DNA from: Candidatus Nitrosopumilus koreensis AR1
Lineage (GTDB): Archaea; Thermoproteota; Nitrososphaeria; Nitrososphaerales; Nitrosopumilaceae
NCBI RefSeq assembly: GCF_000299365.1
Contig: NC_018655.1
Coordinates: forward strand, 210,001-242,000
Reading direction: 5' to 3'
DNA: 32,000 nt
The notes below the pieces were generated by a model. The model was given only the letters and a program-made list of their open reading frames with translations, made no database searches and was not told where the DNA came from. Below, piece after piece: positions 23,578 through 30,875 of the stretch (positions are counted from its first letter, which is position 1; each line of letters starts with the position of its first letter). Both the position numbers and the translations under genes were made by a program.

Positions 23578-24239
23578 AAATTTTTCTTGACACTGCCAAT
23601 TTAGAATCAATCAAAAAATTTAACGACATGGGGTTGCTTGATGGGATCACTACTAACCCATCTTTGATGTCAAAAGAAGGCGGTAACCCAAAAGATGCAA
23701 TGGAAGAAATTACAAAAATTATCAAGGGTGATGTTAGTTTGGAAGTTGTTAGCACTGAATTTTCTGGAATGATTGATGAGGGAAAACGACTACGTGAATA
23801 TGGAAACAACGTTGTTGTTAAAGTTCCTATGACTCCTGATGGCCTAAAAGCATGCAAGTTACTTTCTTCTGAAGGAATTCCTGTAAATGTAACCTTGGTC
23901 TTTTCTCCAAATCAAGCTTTGCTTGCTGCAAAGTCTGGTGCAAAATATGTCAGTCCATTTATAGGAAGATTAGATGATATTGGCCAAGATGGAATGAATT
24001 TGATTAAAGAAATAAAGATAATTTTTTCAAATTATAACTTTGCAACTGAAATACTAGTTGCAAGTGTTCGTCATCCAATGCATGTGGTTGAAGCTGCAAA
24101 AATTGGAGCTGATGTGGTGACTTTGCCTCCTGGAGTATTAGATAAAATGCTTCAACATCCATTAACAAAAATTGGTTTAGAAAACTTTCTCAAAGATTGG
24201 GAAAAAGTCAAATCTGAAAATCCTGATGTCAAAATCTAA
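23574..24239 (+). CDS. tal: transaldolase (short archaeal/bacterial type, fructose-6-phosphate aldolase-like)
   Basis: MKIFLDTANLESIKKF..GITTNPSL, VVVKVP (Schiff-base Lys region) and FISPFIGRLDD are present. The start overlaps the tktC stop (ATGA). Confidence 0.9.
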   Translation: MKIFLDTANLESIKKFNDMGLLDGITTNPSLMSKEGGNPKDAMEEITKIIKGDVSLEVVSTEFSGMIDEGKRLREYGNNVVVKVPMTPDGLKACKLLSSEGIPVNVTLVFSPNQALLAAKSGAKYVSPFIGRLDDIGQDGMNLIKEIKIIFSNYNFATEILVASVRHPMHVVEAAKIGADVVTLPPGVLDKMLQHPLTKIGLENFLKDWEKVKSENPDVKI

Positions 24240-24288
24240 GATTGTCTTTGTTTAAAACAAAACCATAAAAATAAAGTTTTGAGGAAAT

Positions 24289-24561
24289 TTAGGATGAACC
24301 TTTATTCTTACTCTTTCTAGAACCTGTTCCTCTGCCTGTAACTCTAGTCATTCCTTCTGTTGATGGTCTAGCTTTTGGATCTGGCATATCGCCGAGTTTT
24401 CTAGAACCTGTTCCTCTGCCTGTGTGTACCATTCTGTTTGAGGCAGCTTTCTTTCTTGCCTCTTGAATTTTCCTAAATTCGTCGCCTGACCATTTTTTGG
24501 GATCATCGTCAACTTCAATAGTTCCTGTTCCCCTTCCAGTTCGTATTCTGATTTTACCCAT
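24289..24561 (-). CDS. small basic repeat protein with three TGRGTG motifs, function unknown
   Basis: 90-aa ORF with an ATG start. The motifs are RTGRGTGTIE, HTGRGTGSRK and VTGRGTGSRK. Two copies are encoded by a 26-bp perfect repeat at 24314-39 and 24398-423. ATAAATA lies about 27 nt upstream of the ATG. Confidence 0.55.
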   Translation of the reverse strand: MGKIRIRTGRGTGTIEVDDDPKKWSGDEFRKIQEARKKAASNRMVHTGRGTGSRKLGDMPDPKARPSTEGMTRVTGRGTGSRKSKNKGSS

Positions 24562-24713
24562 AAAATTAGTTAAATTATCTGGTATTTATCTAAGCTTATT
24601 TTCTACCTGCAAATTTTCCAATCTATTTTGAAATTTCTATTAAAAAGTCTAATTTCTTTTGGAATCAAATATTAGAGTCAAATTGTATATTTTTGTAATC
24701 TCTTGGTGATCTT

Positions 24714-25496
24714 GTGAAAAAAATTCTTTATTTTATTCTTCCAGTAATTGCATTTGTTTTAATTTTCACAAATGCATTTTTTGGTCATCTGATATTTGAA
24801 TCACCTTATGACCAAGATATTAACAAATATTCTATCTATGTACATCTTCAAGATGAATGGAATAGCCATCCTGGAAATATTTTGTTTGATGTCACAAATG
24901 TTTGGTCAAATTCATCTTCTGATGATGTATATTTTGCAGATCCTTCTGATATTACCACTCTGACTAACTATAATTCTAACCAACTACAATTCCAAAACAA
25001 TAAACCTTACGTTGAATTAAAGCATGAATTCAGCAATTGTGAATCAAGTTGGAAACCAATGTTGTATAGATTTGTAATTGATTCTGTACGCCAAAAAATT
25101 GAACTTGTAAAAGGTACGCAATTAAATGATGATCCATATATCACGATTTTGCCAAATATAGAAATTAAAAAACAAACTACCTCTGAATCATATGCGCAGT
25201 TTATACCAATATGTACTTCAAATGAATCTACCTCATACGAGTTTTCAATTTCAATAAATGATAACAATTCGTGGTTCGATGTTTATTTTGTAGATTCAGA
25301 AAAACAATTAGAAAATTATCTAAATTCTGAAACATTCAATTATTATGATGGCGAAGGCTGTTCTGCACAAAATTATCAAAGCTTTAGTGGAGAATGTGAT
25401 GATGTAGGAAATAATTCTGGTCTTTTAATCATCATACCTGACAATTTAGAACAATCGTTAACTAAGGTTAGGGTGAATATGCATGAAACGCTATGA
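24714..25496 (+). CDS. hypothetical exported or membrane-anchored protein (N-terminal hydrophobic anchor; Asn/Ser/Cys-containing ectodomain)
   Basis: 260-aa ORF with a GTG start. The N-terminus MKKILYFILPVIAFVLIF looks like a signal sequence or anchor. TATATTTTT lies about 20 nt upstream. I recognise no family. Confidence 0.5.
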   Translation: MKKILYFILPVIAFVLIFTNAFFGHLIFESPYDQDINKYSIYVHLQDEWNSHPGNILFDVTNVWSNSSSDDVYFADPSDITTLTNYNSNQLQFQNNKPYVELKHEFSNCESSWKPMLYRFVIDSVRQKIELVKGTQLNDDPYITILPNIEIKKQTTSESYAQFIPICTSNESTSYEFSISINDNNSWFDVYFVDSEKQLENYLNSETFNYYDGEGCSAQNYQSFSGECDDVGNNSGLLIIIPDNLEQSLTKVRVNMHETL

Positions 25497-25501
25497 TCCT
25501 A

Positions 25502-26533
25502 TTAGTTGTTGATCCAGCCTAACTTTTTGAAATATGTGAACATCATGATTGCTGGAATTGCTGATGCAAGAATCACAATTATGAAAGTTGTAAATGGACC
25601 TAAGAACATTGGATTTTCTCCAATACCTCCTGGTAAGTTTACGTTCATTCCATAAAATGTTCCAATAACTGTTGCTGGAATTGCTAGCGTGAATATGATA
25701 GTTAAAACTGCAAGCACTTTGTTTGTTTTTTCTGTACTTAACACAAAATCGGTATCTTTGTAAATCTCCATTGTTTCTCTTGATTCTTCTAATGTTTCAA
25801 TTACTTTGTCTATGTGATCAATAATGTCGTCAAAATACAGTGAAAGGTCCTCTTCATCTCTCTCTGAAAATCTCTTTACATTTTTTGTTATTTCTAAAAC
25901 AAATTTCTTTAGTGGATTAGCTATTCTTCTTAATCTGTTAATCTCTCTTCTGAGTAATGCAATACTCCTAGCTACTGGTTTTGTTTCATCAAATACTCTG
26001 TCTTCAATTTCGTCTAAATTGGCAATCATCTTTCTGGAAGTGTGTAAAAGGTCATCTACTAACACATCTATAATTTCGTGAAGTAATAATCCTGAAGTTT
26101 TTTGCAATATTCTAGTTTTTCGTTGTTCGTCTGAATCTGATTTACAAATATCTACTAATTCTACAAGTGGTTTGAGATCTCCTTGGTGAACTGTCACTAG
26201 AAAATCTTTTCCTACAAATATGGATAATTGACTATTTTTTGAAATTCCAAGTTTTTGGGCAAGTGGTGGAAAATGAAGAATTACAAAGAAATGATCATCA
26301 TAACTATCTAATTTTGGAAGCTCAAATTTTGTCATACAGTCTTCAATGTTTAAAGCATTGAAATTGTATTTTTTAGCTAGTTCTTCTACATCTTTTCTGT
26401 CTGGATTTTGCAAATCAATCCATACAAATTTTTCAGATTGTATTGTCTCTGTCTTTTTTTCAATAGGACTCTCTATGGATTTTCTACTTGAACGTAATCT
26501 ATTTGGGATTAGTCCTTTTCTCATGTCGAACAA
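25502..26533 (-). CDS. corA: CorA-family magnesium/cobalt transporter
   Basis: The YGMNV signature lies between two C-terminal TM helices and is preceded by a long cytoplasmic domain. The start is either TTG at 26533 or ATG at 26524. Confidence 0.9.
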   Translation of the reverse strand: MFDMRKGLIPNRLRSSRKSIESPIEKKTETIQSEKFVWIDLQNPDRKDVEELAKKYNFNALNIEDCMTKFELPKLDSYDDHFFVILHFPPLAQKLGISKNSQLSIFVGKDFLVTVHQGDLKPLVELVDICKSDSDEQRKTRILQKTSGLLLHEIIDVLVDDLLHTSRKMIANLDEIEDRVFDETKPVARSIALLRREINRLRRIANPLKKFVLEITKNVKRFSERDEEDLSLYFDDIIDHIDKVIETLEESRETMEIYKDTDFVLSTEKTNKVLAVLTIIFTLAIPATVIGTFYGMNVNLPGGIGENPMFLGPFTTFIIVILASAIPAIMMFTYFKKLGWINN

Positions 26534-26630
26534 TACCCTGATACAACAAATTTAAAGCGATCGTTAGTAATTGTATAAAACCTATAATTGATTACGAACT
26601 GGAAAAATAAACCAGAATTTCAGGCTCTGA

Positions 26631-26711
26631 CTACTTGTATGGAAGTAAATACATTCCACCGTAATATGTTAGTCCGATTGTAATGGCCATTGCAATCCAC
26701 CAAAATCTCAT
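26631..26711 (-). CDS. possible 26-aa hydrophobic micro-protein (not in the ORF track)
   Basis: The ORF reads MRFWWIAMAITIGLTYYGGMYLLPYK. A TTTATTAT box ends 21 nt upstream of the ATG, the same spacing seen for other genes here. There is no other support. Confidence 0.3.
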   Translation of the reverse strand: MRFWWIAMAITIGLTYYGGMYLLPYK

Positions 26712-26803
26712 AATGTAAATTCCACATAGTCAATAATAAATCTACAGTCTGATTTTCATAAAAAATCAAAGATTATTACAGGATAGTTTATTTTTCTAAT
26801 ATG

Positions 26804-26877
26804 TGGCCTTCGTAGTACAGTGGTTAGTATAGAGGATTGTGGATCCTCGGACAGGAGTTCGATTCCCCTCGAGGGCC
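26804..26877 (+). tRNA. tRNA-His(GUG) with genome-encoded G-1
   Basis: Cloverleaf: GCCTTCG/CGAGGGC acceptor, GTAC/GTAT D stem, GAGGA-TTGTGGA-TCCTC anticodon arm, AGGAG-TTCGATT-CCCCT T arm (one A.C mismatch). The extra 5' G at 26804 can pair with discriminator C73, which is the His identity hallmark. Confidence 0.9.
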
Positions 26878-26952
26878 CGCTTAATTATTTTACACTGATT
26901 TTTGTTAGAGATGTACTTATTTCGTTAGGATCTTTGACTGAACCTTTTAGTA

Positions 26953-27300
26953 TCAAAATATTCCAAACTTACTTGATTCCATTTCTTCCTTTATGGCAAG
27001 CTTGAATCTAGGTGATTTACTTTCTAGATTACTAGTCAACCATGTCAGAAACTTCTTTTCTGTCCCTTTTCCCTTTAGCTTCTCAAAGTCAGGACCCATC
27101 ATATCAACTAATTTTTGAATGAGTGATCTATTTACACTCAATACAAAAAAATGCCATCCAAACGCGAATTCTGAGTCTGTCATGACAAAATCTTCTTCCC
27201 CGTGAACCATTTCTTCTAAAAGTGATAATTGCCTAGTTAGTGCTTTACTTGTTTTATCATAATCCACTGCTGATACGTTAATGTGCATTCTTCCATCCAT
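26953..27300 (-). CDS. hypothetical protein (115 aa from ATG 27300)
   Basis: The ORF has coding-like composition. The track start at 27321 is TTG. The ATG at 27300 is preceded by TTTATTTTG at about -27. I recognise no family. Confidence 0.45.
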   Translation of the reverse strand: MDGRMHINVSAVDYDKTSKALTRQLSLLEEMVHGEEDFVMTDSEFAFGWHFFVLSVNRSLIQKLVDMMGPDFEKLKGKGTEKKFLTWLTSNLESKSPRFKLAIKEEMESSKFGIF

Positions 27301-27340
27301 GATTGATTTATGTAAAAACAAAATAAAAGGATTACATGGA

Positions 27341-28102
27341 TTATTCTTTTAACATAGGTTCAAAATCAATGTCAAAATTCATTTTCATAAGCTTCATGTA
27401 TGTCTGAATTGATTCAGGGATCTCATCTCCACAAGCAACTCCCAACTTTTTTGCATTAATCCATATCACCAATGTCTGAATGATTGTAAGAAATCTATCA
27501 TTTTTGATTTCTGGTGATCCTATTGCTTTTGTGTATCTTTCGGCAAACTCCCATGCCGTAACAAAATCTACGCACTTTACACCAAATATTGCTAGTAATT
27601 GTTCTTGCATACTTTTGGATTTTTTGAATGGAACTTTGTTGATAATATATGGAAAATCTACCTTGTCTGGAATGCAATCTGGAAGAGGTCCCCAAATTGT
27701 AATTATTTTTGTTTCTGGTTTTAGTTTTTCAAATTTTTCTAACATTTGATTTGTAATGTTTTCATCTGTGAACCAAAATAGGATCACTGATGCATCAGAT
27801 ATTTCTGACTCTAAAATATCTTGACATATCAATTCAGCCTGAATTTGTTTTACTTTGAGATTTTTTTTGGCATTTTCAATCTTTTTGCAATTGTTGTCTA
27901 TCCCTACTGCTTTTTTTACTTGAAATTCCTTTTTTGCAATTTCTATTCCTTTTTCACTTCCACACCCTAAATGGTAAAAAACATCGTCTTTTTTTAGATC
28001 AACAATCTTGAAAATCTCTTTCAGAGATTTTTCTGGTAACTCTACGTCCTCTCCACTAAGTAAATTCTCAGGTAGAGTCTCTAAATATTCATCAATTTTC
28101 AA
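27341..28102 (-). CDS. putative class-I SAM-dependent methyltransferase-fold protein with an extra C-terminal domain
   Basis: VFYHLGCGSEKG (motif I-like GxGxG), AVGIDNN (acidic residue after beta-2) and ASVILFW (motif IV-like) are present. The apparent start is TTG at 28102. Confidence 0.5.
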   Translation of the reverse strand: MKIDEYLETLPENLLSGEDVELPEKSLKEIFKIVDLKKDDVFYHLGCGSEKGIEIAKKEFQVKKAVGIDNNCKKIENAKKNLKVKQIQAELICQDILESEISDASVILFWFTDENITNQMLEKFEKLKPETKIITIWGPLPDCIPDKVDFPYIINKVPFKKSKSMQEQLLAIFGVKCVDFVTAWEFAERYTKAIGSPEIKNDRFLTIIQTLVIWINAKKLGVACGDEIPESIQTYMKLMKMNFDIDFEPMLKE

Positions 28103-28127
28103 TGATACTTGTTTTAAAAACGAGAAT

Positions 28128-28397
28128 TTATTCCCTTATGCTTTCTAACTTGGAAACTGCTTGCCATAATTGGGTTCTGACATAAGATGGCATATTAGGA
28201 TCTTGTGTTACATCGTCAAGCAAACTAATTGTATTTGCTGCTCTTACAGATAATGAATATTCTTCATTATTCAAATCAGCAATCAAGTCTGTAATGGATT
28301 TTTTTATTGTCTTTGGAGTTGAGCTACTGGATGTGATCTGATTTAATGTCTCAATTGCCTCTTTCATTGATTCTTTATTTTGTTTATCGTCAGCCAT
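28128..28397 (-). CDS. UPF0147-family small archaeal protein
   Basis: The 89-aa ORF contains TPKTIKKSITDLIADLNNEEYSLSVRAANTISLLDDVTQDPNMPSYVRTQLWQAVSKLE, which matches my recollection of the UPF0147 pattern (PxxIRR...SVRAA..I..LD....DPNMP...RT.IW). Confidence 0.7.
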   Translation of the reverse strand: MADDKQNKESMKEAIETLNQITSSSSTPKTIKKSITDLIADLNNEEYSLSVRAANTISLLDDVTQDPNMPSYVRTQLWQAVSKLESIRE

Positions 28398-28432
28398 TTT
28401 TACACCTTTTCTTAAAAATTAGAAGTATATAG

Positions 28433-28741
28433 TTACATCTCTACAAACACGTTATCTGATTCTACAACAACGCTGTATGATGTCAAATCTCTAATTTTTG
28501 CTGGGAATTTTACTAATTTTCCTGTCTTGCAATCAAATTCTGCTGCATGCCATCCACATGTGATGACACATCCATCTAATTTTCCTTCTGAAAGACTTGC
28601 ACCGGAATGAGTGCATGAATCATCTGTTGCACAGTATTCACCATCTATATTTGCAACTAGTATGTCTCTTCCATCAATTGATACTTTGATCATTTTTCCA
28701 GGAGGAATATCTGCTGTTTTTCCTGCAATAATTTTTCCCAT
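28433..28741 (-). CDS. Rieske [2Fe-2S] domain ferredoxin
   Basis: CTHSGASL (CxH) and CGWHAAEF (CxxH) are separated by 17 residues. The size (~100 aa) fits a stand-alone Rieske ferredoxin. Confidence 0.85.
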   Translation of the reverse strand: MGKIIAGKTADIPPGKMIKVSIDGRDILVANIDGEYCATDDSCTHSGASLSEGKLDGCVITCGWHAAEFDCKTGKLVKFPAKIRDLTSYSVVVESDNVFVEM

Positions 28742-28782
28742 TGAAGTTTTTATCTGATAATGCTTAATATTTTTTCGTATAC

Positions 28783-29559
28783 ATGATTAGAAATGCAAAA
28801 CTTTCAGACAAACTTCAAGTTTTAAAATTTTGTCAAAATACATTCTCATGGGGTGATTATGTTGAACATGTTTGGGATTTTTGGATAACTGAAGATCTGT
28901 TGTTTGTTTATGAGAAACAGACGCCTGTTGGTATTTGTCATGCATTTTTCTCAAAAAATCAAATTTGGATAGAAGGCATTAGAGTAGATCCAAATTTCCG
29001 AAAGCAAAAAATTGCATCTGATTTAATAAAACATGTAGAATCGTTAGGAAAAAAAGATAGTGCATTATTTTCGTTCATGCTAGTTGATACTGAAAATTCA
29101 ATTTCACTTTCTATGGCAAAATCATTAGAATATGGGATTTTTCAAACCTGGAATTTTTATTCTCTTGAGCCTAAAAAAAACTTACATTTCAATATTATTT
29201 TTGCAAAATCCTTAGATGAAAGTATTTGCACTCATTATGTTAAATCCTGGCGATGGCTTCCAATTGATAATACGCTACTATCTGAATTTTCTAAACAAAA
29301 TAAATTAATTCAATCAAAAATTAATGGTAAAACTTCTACTGCAATTCTTTCTGATTCTGAGCATTTTGATAATACTCTTATTGTTACATTATTTTCAGGA
29401 TCTGATAAAAGTACATCACAAATACTATTATTTCTGCAAAACCATGCCATACAAAATAACTATACTCGCATTCAAATTTTAACTAAAGAGAATTTATCAA
29501 ATTTAGATCTTTTGGAACATAAACTATCGTTTCATTTATTGAGAAAACATCTAAGTTGA
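28783..29559 (+). CDS. GNAT-family N-acetyltransferase domain protein with an uncharacterised C-terminal half
   Basis: WIEGIRVDPNFRKQKIASDLIKHVESLGKK resembles GNAT motif A, with the usual beta4-alpha3 context. Confidence 0.55.
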   Translation: MIRNAKLSDKLQVLKFCQNTFSWGDYVEHVWDFWITEDLLFVYEKQTPVGICHAFFSKNQIWIEGIRVDPNFRKQKIASDLIKHVESLGKKDSALFSFMLVDTENSISLSMAKSLEYGIFQTWNFYSLEPKKNLHFNIIFAKSLDESICTHYVKSWRWLPIDNTLLSEFSKQNKLIQSKINGKTSTAILSDSEHFDNTLIVTLFSGSDKSTSQILLFLQNHAIQNNYTRIQILTKENLSNLDLLEHKLSFHLLRKHLS

Positions 29560-30423
29560 TTTTACCACTTTTATTGTATTGTTTAAAATTCCTAAACCTT
29601 CAATTTCCATCTCAACTTTATCTCCATCTTTTAAGAACACTGCATTAGGTTTGTTCAGCATAACTCCTGCAGGTGTGCCTGTAGAAATTATATCTCCTTT
29701 TTCTAATGTCATCACTTTAGAAATTTTTGAAATTATTTCTGGAATCTTGATGAACATGTTGCTTGTAGAAGAATTCTGTCTTAATTCTCCATTGATCTTC
29801 GTTGTTAATTTTAGATTCTGAGCATCTTGAATTTCATCAGCAGTTGTGATCCATGGTCCACATGGTGCAAATGAATCAAAGCTTTTTCCTCTGGTGAACT
29901 GTTTATCTTTAAACTGGACATCTCTAGCTGAAACATCATTGAATATCATGTATCCAAAAATTACATTTGATGCCTCTTCTACACTAATATTTTTACACTT
30001 TTTTCCAATTATCAAGGCTAATTCTACCTCATAATCTAACTGTGTGACAAAATCTGGACATTCGATATACGAATTATTTCCATTAAGAGCGGTTCTGGGT
30101 TTTATGACAATTGCAGGATCTTCGGGTGCTGTTAATCCTTGTTCTTTTGCATGATCAACATAGTTGAATGCCAAACAAATTATTTTATTTGGATTTGGAA
30201 TTGGTGCTAATAGTTTGAATTTGGAGATATTTTCTTCATAAGGCAAATCCTGTATTTTATTTTTAATTTCATCAAACCATCCGTCAAAAAGAAAATCTTT
30301 TACGTTATGTGGAATTGGAACTCCTGTAAGATAAGTTATTTCATCTTTTGTTGCAACTTTATCTCCTTTAACAAATCCATATGTTTCATTATTTTCATAT
30401 GACAATCGTGCTATTTTCATCAT
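29551..30423 (-). CDS. fumarylacetoacetate hydrolase (FAH) family protein
   Basis: KIICLAFNYVDHAKE, DYEVELALIIGK, FTRGKSFDSFAPCGPW and GDIISTGTPAGV are the standard FAH-domain blocks. Confidence 0.9.
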   Translation of the reverse strand: MMKIARLSYENNETYGFVKGDKVATKDEITYLTGVPIPHNVKDFLFDGWFDEIKNKIQDLPYEENISKFKLLAPIPNPNKIICLAFNYVDHAKEQGLTAPEDPAIVIKPRTALNGNNSYIECPDFVTQLDYEVELALIIGKKCKNISVEEASNVIFGYMIFNDVSARDVQFKDKQFTRGKSFDSFAPCGPWITTADEIQDAQNLKLTTKINGELRQNSSTSNMFIKIPEIISKISKVMTLEKGDIISTGTPAGVMLNKPNAVFLKDGDKVEMEIEGLGILNNTIKVVKST

Positions 30424-30426
30424 TAA

Positions 30427-30825
30427 TCACTTGTGTGTAAAAATTGCTTGATTTTGTGAATCTTTTCTACAATATCCAAATCTAACAAATTGAATTTCTT
30501 CTCCTTCTTTTAATTGTAGGTACTGTGGTTCTGTATAAACGTCTAATTCTTCTAAACTTTCTTCATTAAACTCTTCACCGTTGAACAAAACTTTTGGAAT
30601 AATCATTTTTATTTCATGAGCTGTTTTTTGAGGAACCCATTGAATTTTTGGCATGTTAGTTGAATCTCCTTCTCCAATAAATTCTCCTTCTAACTCATTG
30701 CCTGCTTTTGTAATCTGGACATTACCTAATCCTAAAAGTCTAATTGATGTCTGTTCCTTGATTGATTCTGCATCGTCTCCAGAAATGTAAAAATCTTCAG
30801 TAATTTCGATTTTTCTTTTACCCAT
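30427..30825 (-). CDS. gltX: glutamyl-tRNA synthetase, C-terminal anticodon-binding fragment, separated from the catalytic part by a -1 frame change
   Basis: IRLLGLGNV..., IQWVP and IQFVRFGYCRKD match the C-terminal beta-barrel domain of archaeal/eukaryal-type GluRS. This frame stays open upstream to about 30909. Confidence 0.8.
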   Translation of the reverse strand: MGKRKIEITEDFYISGDDAESIKEQTSIRLLGLGNVQITKAGNELEGEFIGEGDSTNMPKIQWVPQKTAHEIKMIIPKVLFNGEEFNEESLEELDVYTEPQYLQLKEGEEIQFVRFGYCRKDSQNQAIFTHK

Positions 30826-30875
30826 ATCATTTATTGGATGATTGGGAATCTCAACTACTGATATTGGTAAATTTT

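Noticed and set aside
24247-24261. TTTGTTT-A-AAACAAA inverted repeat between the convergent tal and TGRGTG genes, a possible terminator hairpin
   Set aside because: It is an all-A/T stem with a 1-nt loop and cannot form a stable hairpin. Archaeal termination is more likely at the surrounding T-runs.
26820-27005. 61-aa ORF on the plus strand
   Set aside because: It starts inside tRNA-His and continues into the 3' end of the opposite-strand gene, so it is a chance ORF.
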